Positions 9,139-19,718 of a stretch of 64,000 bases of DNA are shown here, piece by piece. The DNA lies in assembly GCA_902617045.1 (NCBI GenBank), contig CACMVA010000001.1, positions 59,519-123,518 of the forward strand. Reading direction: 5' to 3'. This DNA is from an uncultured SAR86 cluster bacterium (GTDB lineage: Bacteria > Pseudomonadota > Gammaproteobacteria > Magnimaribacterales > D2472). The translations under genes were made by a program, and so were the position numbers. Every line of letters starts with the position of its first letter. Within the stretch, counting starts at the first letter, position 1. Below the pieces are notes generated by a model, which saw only the letters and a list, made by a program, of their open reading frames with translations, was not told where the DNA came from and did not search any database.

Positions 9139-10017
9139 ATGAACTTAACTAAAAATATAAGAATATCATTGTATATACTTGTCCCAATTCTTTTGTGGAT
9201 GATTTCAGGTTTTTTTAAAAATGATTCAATTCAAGAACCTATTCAATCATCCGAATTATTTAATGTTCAAACAGTTTTAAGTATTGCCGAGGAATATCAA
9301 CCTTATATAAAACTTAAAGCTACAACGAAATCTGAAAAAAGAATTAACGTAAAAGCAAAAACATCAGGCGAAGTAGTAAAAATAGGTGCTGTTCAAGGAC
9401 AATATGTTCAAAAAGATACTGTCCTGTGTAGCTTAGGAGTAGTAGAACTTAATAGAACAGAAGTTAAAGCGCCCTTTTCTGGTTATATCGAGCAAATTGT
9501 AAAGCCTGGAAATTTTCTTGAAAGAGGTCAGGTGTGTGCAACAATTATACAATTAGATCCAATATCACTTGTTGCTGGAGTTCCAGAATATGACATTAAC
9601 AAAGTAAGAATAAATCAAAATGTTTATGTTGATTTAGTAACTGGGCAAGCCATTGAAGGAAAACTTACATTTGTTTCTAAAAGTGCCTCTCCAGATACAA
9701 GAACCTTTAATGTAGAATCACAAATTAATAATCCTAATGGCATAATCAAAGATGGTCTTACAGCAGAAATAAGCATTGAAATTGATAAAGTTAAGGCACA
9801 TAAAATTTCACCTTCAATTCTTCTTTTAAATGATGAGGGAAAATTAGGAATTAGAGTAGTAAATCTAGGCAATCTTGCACAATTTATTGAAATTGAAATC
9901 TTAGAGGATTCTGAAGAAGGACTTTGGGTTACTGGCATTCCTGAGGAAGTTGAAATAATAATACAAGGTCAAGGTTTCGTTGAAGACGGTCAAGAAGTTA
10001 TAACTAATCGTATATGA
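9139..10017 (+). CDS. RND efflux membrane fusion (periplasmic adaptor) protein
   Basis: N-terminal TM, a lipoyl/beta-barrel-type sequence (VKAPFSGYIEQI) and a 4-nt overlap with the RND permease gene. Confidence 0.8.
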   Translation: MNLTKNIRISLYILVPILLWMISGFFKNDSIQEPIQSSELFNVQTVLSIAEEYQPYIKLKATTKSEKRINVKAKTSGEVVKIGAVQGQYVQKDTVLCSLGVVELNRTEVKAPFSGYIEQIVKPGNFLERGQVCATIIQLDPISLVAGVPEYDINKVRINQNVYVDLVTGQAIEGKLTFVSKSASPDTRTFNVESQINNPNGIIKDGLTAEISIEIDKVKAHKISPSILLLNDEGKLGIRVVNLGNLAQFIEIEILEDSEEGLWVTGIPEEVEIIIQGQGFVEDGQEVITNRI

Positions 10018-13000
10018 TTAAAATAATTGACTTTGCGATAAAAAAAGCAAAAACAACTCTTTTAATTGCATTTATGGTAATAATTGCAGGATCATATGCA
10101 AGACAAGAAATACCAATTGCTGCTTCACCGAATGTACAACTCCCTTTTATAACCGTATCAGTTTTCCTTGATGGTGCATCTCCAAGCGATACTTCAAGAC
10201 TGATTGCAAGACCCTTAGAGAACAGATTAAAAACAGTTACTGGTGTTGAGAGTATTAGATCAACCAGCTACTTGAGCTATGCAAGAGTATTTCTAGAATT
10301 TGAAGTAGGTTTTGATATTGATAAAGCTTTAGTTGATGTAAAACAAGGAGTTGAAGAGATTAAATATCAGTTGCCACTTGAAGCAGAAGACCCTCAGATT
10401 CAAGAGTATAGCGAAGCTAGTTTTCCTGTAATGAATATAAGTATTGTTGGTGGCAGTTCTGTTAGGCAAAAAGTCTTTTACGCAAGAGAACTAAAGGATC
10501 TGATTGAACCTATTGAACAGATTTTAGAAGTTAGAATGACAGGAGCTCCTGAGGAAGTTCTTGAAGGCGTTATTGATAAAGCAAAAATGGAGTCTTACGG
10601 CGTAACATTGTCTGATATCTATTATTCTGTTTCTAATAATAACTTAATAATTCCTGGTGGTAAGCAAGATACTGGAAGAGGAAGTTTTAATATTGAAGTT
10701 CCAAGTATTATTGAATCTGCAAAAGATGTATATGCAATTCCGGTAAAAGTTACGAAAGATGCAATAGTAACTCTAGGTGATATTGCAATAATTAAAAGAA
10801 CATTTAAAGATTTCACCTCTTATGCACGAGTAAATGGAGAGGATGCAGTCACATTAGAAATTTCTTTAAGAGAAAGTGCTAACGCAATAGATGCCTCAAC
10901 TGCCATCAGAGAAATACTTACTAGCTTCGAGAAAACACTTCCAAATAATCTTGATATTGTTGTTTCTAATGACGATACGATATATGCAAGTCTCATGGTA
11001 AAAGAGCTCAATGGGAATATCATAGCTGCAGTAATGTTAATTATGGTGCTAGTAATAGCAAGTATGGGGACTAGAGTGTCAATGTTGGTTGGTCTTTCGA
11101 TTCCTTTTTGTTTTTTAATGACATATTTAATTTTGTATGCTTTAGATATGGAAGTAAATTTTCTTGTAATGATGGGTTTGCTCCTCGGTATGGGAATGTT
11201 AATTGATGGTTCCATTGTTATTACAGAATATGCGGATAAGAAAATAGCTGAAGGTCTCTCTCGAGTTGAAGGATATACTCTAGCTTCAAAAAGAATGTTT
11301 TATCCAATTATTGCATCAACTGGAACAACACTTGCTGCTTTCATACCAATGATGTTTTGGCCAGGCTTCACAGGCCAATTCATGAAATATTTGCCCATTA
11401 CAATTTTCTTTGTTTTATCAGCATCTTTATTTTATTCACTTATTGTAATACCTGTTCTTGGTGCATACTTTGGACAAAAAGAATCTGCTCTAAATAATGA
11501 TGATGGCCATACTTCAATTTTTGTAAAGCTGACTGATTGGTATGGAAAATATATTAAAAGATTTGTAAGAAATCCCATTGAAACTGTAACTGCAGTTGTG
11601 TCTGTGCTGTTAATAATAATTATGAGTTACTCTATTTCTGGCATGGGCACAATTTATTTTGCAATTGTTGATCCAATACAGGCAAATGTAACCATCAAGG
11701 CTCGAGGTAATTTTTCTGCACTTGAAACAAAGGAAATCATTGAACAAGTTGAAGAAAGATTTATGGAAGTTGAAGGTATAAAGAATGTGTATCTAAGATC
11801 TGGTTCAAATTGGTGGGAATCAGGCTCGGACAGAGTTGGTGGTGGTTTTATAGAAACATTGGAACCTTCACAAACAAAAATTTCTGGTTTCGAGATTATG
11901 GATCTCTTAAAAGAGTCAACCAATGATTTACCAGGAATAACAGTTGAAATTGAGGCAGACGAAGGTGGACCATCATTTGACTCCCCTATTGAATTAGATA
12001 TTTTTGGTGATACAGAAGAACAAGTGAATGAGGCGGTTACTAAAATTGAAAATTATATGCGTAATAGCATGATAGGTTTAAATAATATCTTCTCTTCCAA
12101 AGCATATCCATCTGTTGAATGGAGTGTTGAAGTTGATAAGCAAAAGGCTGCTCAATTGGGTGTTAGCGTAAGCGATGTTGGCGCTTTAGTGCAAATGTTA
12201 ACGTCTGGATTTAAAGTAGGAGAATATAGGCCAGATGATGCTAAAGACGAAGTCGAAATAAGAGCACGGTTTCCTGACTCTGATAGGACTATTACTGGAA
12301 TAAGAGACTTAAATGTAGTTACCAGACAAGGTACTGTGCCAGTGAGTTCTTTTGTACAAGTTGTGCCAAAAGAAAATCGTCAAACAGTTAACAGAAAAAA
12401 TGGTAAATATTTTCAGGAAATTGGGGCTGGAACTGAAGATGAGTCCAAGGTTTCTGAAAAAATTAATCAGTTGAGTGACTGGTTAGAGACTGCTAATCTT
12501 GGGCCTAATATTAGTTATAAATTCAGCGGTATGGCTGAAGAAACAGAGGATGTTAATAGATTTATAATTATAGCTGGAGTAACAGCTGTATTTATGATGC
12601 TCTTAATGCTCATCACCCAATTTAATAGCTTCTACCAATCTTTTATCATCCTATCAGCGGTAACGATCTCATTTGTTGGGGTGCTTTTGGGCCTTCTTAT
12701 AACAGGTAAGTCTTTTAGTACTACAATGACTGGTATATCCATAGTCACACTAGCAGGTATCGTTGTGAACAATAATATTGTACTGATTGATACTTTTAAT
12801 AAAATGAGAGATGAATCACCTCAAGTAGACCAATCAATTCATATCATTAATGCATGTAAGCAAAGGTTGCGGCCGATTATATTAACATCACTAACAACAA
12901 TTTTTGGTTTATTGCCTCTAGCAATGGGTACAAGTGTAGACATAATTTCAAGAGATATTGTCATTGGAAGTAGAGTTGTAGATTGGTGGTCAAACCTTGC

Positions 13001-13136
13001 AGTTTCAATTGTATGGGGTCTTGGTTTTAGTACTTTTATGACACTAATATTAACTCCTGCGGTTTTATCACTACCTTATGCATTAAAAAATGAGTATAAA
13101 AAATTCTTTAAAACAGAAGCTAATGGCATACAATAA
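10014..13136 (+). CDS. RND efflux transporter permease (AcrB/AcrD/AcrF family)
   Basis: 1040 aa with a 12-TM architecture, two large periplasmic loops and an AcrB-like N-terminus (FAIKKAKTTLLIAFMVIIAGSY). Confidence 0.9.
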   Translation: MIKIIDFAIKKAKTTLLIAFMVIIAGSYARQEIPIAASPNVQLPFITVSVFLDGASPSDTSRLIARPLENRLKTVTGVESIRSTSYLSYARVFLEFEVGFDIDKALVDVKQGVEEIKYQLPLEAEDPQIQEYSEASFPVMNISIVGGSSVRQKVFYARELKDLIEPIEQILEVRMTGAPEEVLEGVIDKAKMESYGVTLSDIYYSVSNNNLIIPGGKQDTGRGSFNIEVPSIIESAKDVYAIPVKVTKDAIVTLGDIAIIKRTFKDFTSYARVNGEDAVTLEISLRESANAIDASTAIREILTSFEKTLPNNLDIVVSNDDTIYASLMVKELNGNIIAAVMLIMVLVIASMGTRVSMLVGLSIPFCFLMTYLILYALDMEVNFLVMMGLLLGMGMLIDGSIVITEYADKKIAEGLSRVEGYTLASKRMFYPIIASTGTTLAAFIPMMFWPGFTGQFMKYLPITIFFVLSASLFYSLIVIPVLGAYFGQKESALNNDDGHTSIFVKLTDWYGKYIKRFVRNPIETVTAVVSVLLIIIMSYSISGMGTIYFAIVDPIQANVTIKARGNFSALETKEIIEQVEERFMEVEGIKNVYLRSGSNWWESGSDRVGGGFIETLEPSQTKISGFEIMDLLKESTNDLPGITVEIEADEGGPSFDSPIELDIFGDTEEQVNEAVTKIENYMRNSMIGLNNIFSSKAYPSVEWSVEVDKQKAAQLGVSVSDVGALVQMLTSGFKVGEYRPDDAKDEVEIRARFPDSDRTITGIRDLNVVTRQGTVPVSSFVQVVPKENRQTVNRKNGKYFQEIGAGTEDESKVSEKINQLSDWLETANLGPNISYKFSGMAEETEDVNRFIIIAGVTAVFMMLLMLITQFNSFYQSFIILSAVTISFVGVLLGLLITGKSFSTTMTGISIVTLAGIVVNNNIVLIDTFNKMRDESPQVDQSIHIINACKQRLRPIILTSLTTIFGLLPLAMGTSVDIISRDIVIGSRVVDWWSNLAVSIVWGLGFSTFMTLILTPAVLSLPYALKNEYKKFFKTEANGIQ

Positions 13137-13139
13137 ATC

Positions 13140-13364
13140 ATGGCTAAAGAAGATAAAAAAATAGATTTTGAATCATCTCTTAAAGAGCTAGAAAATATAG
13201 TTGCTAAATTAGAAGATGAAAACATTAATTTAGAAGATTCAGTTAAGTCATTTGAAAAAGGTGTAAATCTTGTTAAAGAATGTCAAAAACAACTTCAAAC
13301 AGCAGAACTAAAAATAAAAAAACTTCTTGATGATGGTTCTGCTTCTGAAATTGATAACGAATAA
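13140..13364 (+). CDS. xseB: Exodeoxyribonuclease VII small subunit
   Basis: 74-aa coiled-coil protein, FESSLKELENIVAKLEDENINLEDSVKSFEKGVNL. It lies in the conserved xseB-ispA-dxs order. Confidence 0.85.
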   Translation: MAKEDKKIDFESSLKELENIVAKLEDENINLEDSVKSFEKGVNLVKECQKQLQTAELKIKKLLDDGSASEIDNE

Positions 13365-13369
13365 ATAAA

Positions 13370-14239
13370 GTGTTAGAAAATTTCCTGTCTCAAACTAGGG
13401 ATCAAGTTTCTCAAAATATTAAAAAATCAATTGGTAATTCCAATTTAATTGAAGAAGCTATGTCTTATTCAGCATTGGCCGATAGTAAGATGATTAGAGC
13501 GGCTTTAATTAATGCATCTGGAAAGATAAATAAAAAAATATCAGATTCAAGTCTTTTAACACTCGCAACAGGAGTAGAGCTTATTCATACTTACTCATTG
13601 ATTCATGACGATCTTCCATCCATGGATGATGATGATTTAAGAAGAGGAAAGGATTCGAGTCATATTAAATTTGGCGAAGCTAATGCAATTCTAGCTGGAG
13701 ATGCACTTCAATCTCTTGCCTACGAAATTATTTGTAATGAAAGCTCACTTGAGGATAAACATAAAATTGAAGCTATCAGAAAAATAAGTAAGGCATGTGG
13801 AAAAAATGGAATGGTTTATGGCCAACATTTAGATATAAATGCAGAAACAAAGAAAATAAATGAACAATTAATTGAAAATATTCATACTTTAAAAACTGGC
13901 AAGCTTATAGAGTGTTCTGTGATGTTAGGTCAAATTGGAAATGATAATTTTGAAGAAAAAGATTTTATAAAAAGTTTTGGCAATAAAATTGGTTTAGCAT
14001 TTCAAATAACAGATGATATTCTTGAGGTTATCTCAAACGAGGAAGCTTTAGGAAAAAATATTAATTCTGATAAAAAAAATTCTAAGGCTACATATGTAAA
14101 TATTCTTGGCCTAGATGAATCTATTAAAAAGTCAAAAGATCTTTGTGAGTCAGCAATTAATCAAATAAAAAACATTAAATCCGGTGAAATTGATTTACTG
14201 ATAGAATTAGCAAAATACATTTGCTACAGAGAAAAATAA
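13370..14239 (+). CDS. ispA: (2E,6E)-farnesyl diphosphate synthase
   Basis: First Asp-rich motif LIHDDLPSMDDDDLRRGK and second motif FQITDDILE. GTG start. Confidence 0.9.
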   Translation: MLENFLSQTRDQVSQNIKKSIGNSNLIEEAMSYSALADSKMIRAALINASGKINKKISDSSLLTLATGVELIHTYSLIHDDLPSMDDDDLRRGKDSSHIKFGEANAILAGDALQSLAYEIICNESSLEDKHKIEAIRKISKACGKNGMVYGQHLDINAETKKINEQLIENIHTLKTGKLIECSVMLGQIGNDNFEEKDFIKSFGNKIGLAFQITDDILEVISNEEALGKNINSDKKNSKATYVNILGLDESIKKSKDLCESAINQIKNIKSGEIDLLIELAKYICYREK

Positions 14240-14240
14240 A

Positions 14241-16109
14241 TTGAAAATTTTTAAAGAAATACCAACTGAGTTACCAAATACGCCATTATTAGATTCAGTT
14301 GATTATCCTTCAGATTTAAGATCATTTTCCATAAATGAACTTGAGACTCTTGCAAGTGAGTTGAGAGAATTTTTGCTGTATTCTGTGGGCCAAAGTGGTG
14401 GTCATTTAGGGGGCGGACTTGGTGTTATAGAGCTTACAATAATACTTCATCATCTTTATAACACTCCATATGACAATCTAGTGTGGGATGTTGGACATCA
14501 GGCTTATCCTCATAAAATTCTTACTGGAAGAAAAGATAAAATTATGTCTATTAGAAAGAAGGATGGTTTAGCGCCCTTTCCTTCAAGATCAGAAAGTGAA
14601 TATGATACATTTGGGGTTGGTCATTCAAGCACATCTTTAAGTGCACTTGTTGGAATGGCGGAGGCTACAAAAAATTCAAATCCAGATAAAAAACATGTTG
14701 CTGTAATAGGTGATGGAGCAATGACTGCAGGCATGGCTTTCGAAGCACTGAGTCATATAGGACATTTAAAACCGAATTTATTAGTAATATTAAATGATAA
14801 TGATATGTCTATATCTGAAAATGTTGGCGGTTTATCAAATTACTTTTCAAGAATATGGGCATCAAAAACTTACAAGGGTATTAAAAAAAGTGGTTCTAGT
14901 TTCTTGAAACCTTTACCACAGGCATATCATTTAGCTAGAAAAGTAGAAACGCAAATGAAAGCAATGGTTGCACCAGGAACTATTTTTGAGGAACTAGGCT
15001 TAAATTATATTGGTCCTATAGACGGTCATAATTTAAAAGAGCTTAAAGATGTCATTTCAAATTTAAAAGAATTTGAAGGTCCTCAATTTCTTCACGTAAT
15101 AACAAAAAAAGGTGCGGGTCTAGATTCAGCAGAAGCCGACAGAATAGGTTTTCATGCTATAGGAAAGATAAACGCAATAAAAGATAAAAAAATTAAGCAA
15201 AAAAAATATCAAGATATATTTGGCGAATGGATTATAGATATGGCTCAAATAAGTGATGATCTTATTGGCATTACACCAGCGATGAGAGAGGGATCAGGAC
15301 TTGTTGAGTTCAGTAAAAAATTTCCAGATAGATACTTTGACGTTGCAATAGCTGAACAACATTCCGTAACATTTGCAGCTGGTTTATCAGTTGAAAAAAA
15401 GAAGCCAGTAGTAGCAATATACTCAACTTTTTTACAAAGAGCGTATGATCAATTAATTCATGATGTTGCAGTTCAAAATCTTGATGTAACATTTGCGTTA
15501 GATAGATCCGGTCTTGTTGGTGAAGATGGTCCCACTCACTCAGGAAATTATGATATTGCTTACTTAAGATGCATTCCAAATATGGTGATTTGTACTCCTT
15601 CAGATGAAAATGAAACAAGAAAATTATTAACGACAGCATACTTACATAATGGGCCAGCCTCTGTGAGATATCCAAGAGGTACTGGGCCAAATAGTAATGT
15701 TGATAAAGATCTAAAGCCTTTAAAGATTGGAGAAGCAAATATAATCAATGAAGAAAGTTCAGAAATAATAATTTTGAACTTTGGAACTCTTTTAAATGAA
15801 GCAAATCAAATCTCAAAAGAACTAAAGGCCACTCTAGTGGATATGCGTTTTGTAAAACCTTTAGACGAAAAGCTTTTAAGAAAACTTTTTAAAAAGGCAA
15901 AGGTTTTCATTTCTATTGAGGATGGTTCAATTATGGGTGGTGCTGGAAGTGCTGTTCAAGAATTTGCATCAAAAGAGAATTTAAATGTTAGATCAATCCT
16001 TTTTGGTATTCCTGATAAATTTATTGAGCATGCCTCTAGAGAAGAAATGTTAGTTGAAGCTGGTTTAGACGTAGAAAATATTAAATCTAAATTAAGTAAA
16101 CTATTGTAA
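14241..16109 (+). CDS. dxs: 1-deoxy-D-xylulose-5-phosphate synthase
   Basis: 622 aa with GGHLGGGLGVIELT, GHSSTSLSA and the ThDP motif GDGAMTAGMAFEAL. TTG start with no ATG available. Confidence 0.95.
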   Translation: MKIFKEIPTELPNTPLLDSVDYPSDLRSFSINELETLASELREFLLYSVGQSGGHLGGGLGVIELTIILHHLYNTPYDNLVWDVGHQAYPHKILTGRKDKIMSIRKKDGLAPFPSRSESEYDTFGVGHSSTSLSALVGMAEATKNSNPDKKHVAVIGDGAMTAGMAFEALSHIGHLKPNLLVILNDNDMSISENVGGLSNYFSRIWASKTYKGIKKSGSSFLKPLPQAYHLARKVETQMKAMVAPGTIFEELGLNYIGPIDGHNLKELKDVISNLKEFEGPQFLHVITKKGAGLDSAEADRIGFHAIGKINAIKDKKIKQKKYQDIFGEWIIDMAQISDDLIGITPAMREGSGLVEFSKKFPDRYFDVAIAEQHSVTFAAGLSVEKKKPVVAIYSTFLQRAYDQLIHDVAVQNLDVTFALDRSGLVGEDGPTHSGNYDIAYLRCIPNMVICTPSDENETRKLLTTAYLHNGPASVRYPRGTGPNSNVDKDLKPLKIGEANIINEESSEIIILNFGTLLNEANQISKELKATLVDMRFVKPLDEKLLRKLFKKAKVFISIEDGSIMGGAGSAVQEFASKENLNVRSILFGIPDKFIEHASREEMLVEAGLDVENIKSKLSKLL

Positions 16110-16581
16110 GTGAAGCAAATATTGCTGCAAAAATTGCAGCAATAAGATCGTCAAGAACAACTCCAAATCCATTTTTAAAATTTTTGTCTATGTACGAAAT
16201 TGGAAAAGGTTTTGAAATATCAAATATTCTAAACATTGTTAGTACAAGCAATGCATATATTGATCTTTCATATTGTGATGAAGCAATAAAAATTACAGGA
16301 ATCATTGCTAACCATATGCCAGCCAATTCATCAATTACAATAGATTTGTGATCTTTTTCGATAAGGTCCTTGGTTACAATGCTAGATATAAAAACTGAAA
16401 ATATAATTATAAAAGTTGTCAAAATAACTAGAGCAATTGCACTAATAAAATGAGACAAAACTATAAAAATGAACCAACCAAATATACTTCCAACAGTACC
16501 CGGCCCGATAGGAGAAAGTCCAAGACCACCTAAGGTTGCTAAAAAATGATATGGATCTTTTAAATTTGGGAATTTCTGCAT
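16087..16581 (-). CDS. pgpA: Phosphatidylglycerophosphatase A
   Basis: 164-aa membrane protein, LATLGGLGLSPIGPGTVGS...DISKPFPI...VVLDD. The 3-prime end overlaps dxs by 23 nt. Confidence 0.85.
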   Translation of the reverse strand: MQKFPNLKDPYHFLATLGGLGLSPIGPGTVGSIFGWFIFIVLSHFISAIALVILTTFIIIFSVFISSIVTKDLIEKDHKSIVIDELAGIWLAMIPVIFIASSQYERSIYALLVLTMFRIFDISKPFPISYIDKNFKNGFGVVLDDLIAAIFAAIFASLTIVYLI

Positions 16582-16582
16582 C

Positions 16583-17644
16583 TCAAATCATTGTAACAAT
16601 TTTTCTAGCAATGGTAGGCGATGTTGTCCATTTGCCACCAAATATAGTTAAGAGTGAGTCATTTTCTTGAATAAAGAAATCTCTTGAGGATTTATGAAAA
16701 TTCTCTTTTGATTTTATTAAGGGTCTTACTCCAGAATACGCACTGATTATTTCATTTTTAGAGATAGGTTTTCTTAAAATTTGATTAAAACTATCAATAA
16801 GATATTTCATTTCATCTTTACTTATCTCTGGAAACTCAGGATGAGAGACTTTTTCTTCTGTTGTTCCTAGCAAGGTATGGTCTTTATAAGGTAAGGCAAA
16901 AATATATCTAGACTTACATATGCCTGAGAACATCAAACCAGATTCTAACCTTCTATTAATTATCAAATGACTACCTTTTATATAATCGATGTCTTTTTGA
17001 CTCTTAATTTTATTTTGTTCGAGTAACATTTTTGACCATGGGCCTACTGCTAAAATTATTTTGTCAAAATGACGTTTATTAACAGTGCCTCGAGTATCAA
17101 AGTTTTTGACTTCATTAAATTCAAGTATTTCTATATTAAGTTCTTTCGCTAATGAAATTAATTCTCTTCCAAGAGATTCATCATCCATACTTCCATCAAA
17201 AAATGACAAATATGTTTTATAGTTATCTTTTAGAACAAAATGATCACTCTTGATTTGCTTTGATATTGAGCTTTTACCTAAATTTTTTGAGCCTGCTAAA
17301 AATTCATATAACTTAATTCCAAAAAAAGATTTAATTAATGTTATAGAGAATATATTGTTAAATGGAATAAGTATCTTCAATTTTCTTGTATGATTTGGGA
17401 AATTTTCTAGCCACCACGATCTATCATTTAGGCCATTTTTCACTTCATTAAAGTGAAAATTCTCAAGATATCTCAATCCTCCATGTAAAAGTTTTGTCGT
17501 TTTTGAGCTTGTCTCACTTAGTAAAGTATTTTTTTCAAAAATTGATACCTTATGTCCCTCTTTTGCTAAAAAAATACCAACTATAAGGCCAGTAATTCCA
17601 CCGCCAATTATTCCAATTTTTTTATTCAAAAGAATCCCATCCAT
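16583..17644 (-). CDS. FAD-dependent oxidoreductase, glycerol-3-phosphate dehydrogenase/oxidase-like (short form)
   Basis: GIIGGGITGL dinucleotide motif and the GlpD-like TSSKTTKLLHGGLRYLE. At 353 aa it is shorter than the roughly 500 aa of GlpD. Confidence 0.7.
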   Translation of the reverse strand: MDGILLNKKIGIIGGGITGLIVGIFLAKEGHKVSIFEKNTLLSETSSKTTKLLHGGLRYLENFHFNEVKNGLNDRSWWLENFPNHTRKLKILIPFNNIFSITLIKSFFGIKLYEFLAGSKNLGKSSISKQIKSDHFVLKDNYKTYLSFFDGSMDDESLGRELISLAKELNIEILEFNEVKNFDTRGTVNKRHFDKIILAVGPWSKMLLEQNKIKSQKDIDYIKGSHLIINRRLESGLMFSGICKSRYIFALPYKDHTLLGTTEEKVSHPEFPEISKDEMKYLIDSFNQILRKPISKNEIISAYSGVRPLIKSKENFHKSSRDFFIQENDSLLTIFGGKWTTSPTIARKIVTMI

Positions 17645-18512
17645 GTTTTTTAAAATTAATTGATGAATTACCTTTATTTAAAATGATTTCGGTATCTGAC
17701 TTTATTTCACCAATGCAAAAGTCTTGTGATATAAATTCGTTATCTCTAAATTCCGGTGAACATGTGTAACACAATTTATAGTCGTCGCCATAAGACAGAT
17801 CATCGATATCATTTGTTATGGGTATATTTTCATAGATTATCTCAGCGCCTACTTCCGAAGATTTGCATATTCTAGATAGGTCTTTCATTAATCCATCTGA
17901 AATATCAATACAACTATTGGCATATTTAGAAATATATTTACTTTTATCAAAATCCACTTTAGGTTTAAAAAACTTTTTGATGTATTTTGTTTGTTGATTA
18001 TTTTTCCAATCTTCTAATCCCTTTCTTCCTTCTCCAAGTGGACCAGTTATATATATTAAATCGCCAACTTTTGCAGTTGATCTTAAGATATTCTTCTCAT
18101 ATGCATAACCAAAAACATTTACACATACACTAATTTCACCATTTGTTATATCTCCTCCAATCAACTTTAGTTGATACTCATTCAGTATTTCCTCTACTCC
18201 GCGAGTAAATTGTTTATACCATTTCAAATCAGTAATATTTGATGTCAGGCCAATTGATATAAATGCTGGAAATGCTCCCATGGCAGCTAAATCACTCAAA
18301 GCAACTGCAATAGATCTGTATGCGATGTCCTGAGGCATGGAATCTTCAGGAAAATGAGAATTAATTTTTGAAATATCAACAGAATGGACAAGATCTTTCT
18401 CTTGAGATTTTATTACAGCAGCATCGTCTCCAGATCCAACTATTACAATATCATCTTTATTAAGATCAACTAAATGTTGAAAGCAATTTAAAATTGCTGA
18501 TTCTGATATCAA
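17622..18512 (-). CDS. thiL: Thiamine-monophosphate kinase
   Basis: AIR-synthase-like fold with GDDAAVI, DIAYRSIAVALSDLAAMGA and GGDIT. TTG start overlapping the thiolase stop. Confidence 0.85.
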   Translation of the reverse strand: MISESAILNCFQHLVDLNKDDIVIVGSGDDAAVIKSQEKDLVHSVDISKINSHFPEDSMPQDIAYRSIAVALSDLAAMGAFPAFISIGLTSNITDLKWYKQFTRGVEEILNEYQLKLIGGDITNGEISVCVNVFGYAYEKNILRSTAKVGDLIYITGPLGEGRKGLEDWKNNQQTKYIKKFFKPKVDFDKSKYISKYANSCIDISDGLMKDLSRICKSSEVGAEIIYENIPITNDIDDLSYGDDYKLCYTCSPEFRDNEFISQDFCIGEIKSDTEIILNKGNSSINFKKHGWDSFE

Positions 18513-19696
18513 GAAGGATATCTTTCAAACAATCCGCTGGCTCCCATTCCACCGCCAACACACATTGTCACAACACCAAACTGTTTATCCAAATTTTGAA
18601 GCTGTCTTGCAAGGTGTCCAACTTGTCTAGAACCAGTCATTCCAAAAGGATGTCCAATTGAGATCGAACCACCATCTAAATTAAGCTTATCCATAGGTAT
18701 GCCAAGCTTATCTTTACAATATACTACTTGAACTGCAAAGGCTTCATTAAGCTCCCAGACATCAATGTCATCTACAGAAAGATTGTAATTTTTTAATAAT
18801 TTTGGAACAGAATAAATTGGCCCAATTCCCATCTCGTCTGGCTCACAACCCATTGTAGTAAAACCTCTAAAATAAGCTAAAGGTTTTAAATTTAGTTCCT
18901 TAGCTTTGTCTTCTGACATAACCAAAGTTACTGATGCTCCGTCAGATAATTGTGAAGAGTTTCCTGCGGTAACAGAACCATTTTCAGGATCAAAAACTGG
19001 TTTTAAAGATGCTAAGCCTTCAAGAGTAGTTTCTGGTCTGTTACATTCGTCTTTATCAACTGTATAGTCAATTTCTTTTGATTCACCTGTTTCTTTATTA
19101 GTGAGAAGCATTTTAGTGTCCATTGGTATGATTTCATCATCATAACCGCCAGATTGCTGAGCTGCAGCAGTCCTCATTTGACTCTCAAAAGCATATTCAT
19201 CTTGCGCTTCTCTTGAAACCTCATATCGTTTTGCAACAACTTCTGCTGTCATTCCCATTGGAAAATAAATTCCTGGAACTTCCTCAGCCAATCTTTCATT
19301 AACAAAGTTATCCATATTCATATTCATCATAGATATAGTTTCTGCCCCGCCAGCAATAACTGTGTCATATGAACCAGCCATTATTTGGCCTGCCGCCATT
19401 GATATTGACTGAAGCCCAGAGGAGCAGTATCTATTTATAGTTGTTCCACCAGTTGTTATTGGTAATTTAGATAATACTGCTGCATTTCTTCCAACATTAT
19501 GACCTTGAGCACCTTCAGGATTTCCACAACCCATAATAATGTCTTCAACCTCTTCAGGAGGTAAATTAGGATTTCTATCCAACATTGCATCTATAATATG
19601 TGCAAGCATTTCATCAGGCCTGGTCATATTAAAACCGCCTCGATGTGATTTTGCTAATCCAGTTCTAACACTGTCTACAATTACTACATTTTTCAT
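18509..19696 (-). CDS. Acetyl-CoA C-acyltransferase (thiolase)
   Basis: Active-site Cys context NRYCSSGLQSI, plus C-terminal GHPFGMTG and CVGGGMG. Confidence 0.9.
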   Translation of the reverse strand: MKNVVIVDSVRTGLAKSHRGGFNMTRPDEMLAHIIDAMLDRNPNLPPEEVEDIIMGCGNPEGAQGHNVGRNAAVLSKLPITTGGTTINRYCSSGLQSISMAAGQIMAGSYDTVIAGGAETISMMNMNMDNFVNERLAEEVPGIYFPMGMTAEVVAKRYEVSREAQDEYAFESQMRTAAAQQSGGYDDEIIPMDTKMLLTNKETGESKEIDYTVDKDECNRPETTLEGLASLKPVFDPENGSVTAGNSSQLSDGASVTLVMSEDKAKELNLKPLAYFRGFTTMGCEPDEMGIGPIYSVPKLLKNYNLSVDDIDVWELNEAFAVQVVYCKDKLGIPMDKLNLDGGSISIGHPFGMTGSRQVGHLARQLQNLDKQFGVVTMCVGGGMGASGLFERYPS

Positions 19697-19718
19697 AATT
19701 ACTCCAATTAAAGCTTAA

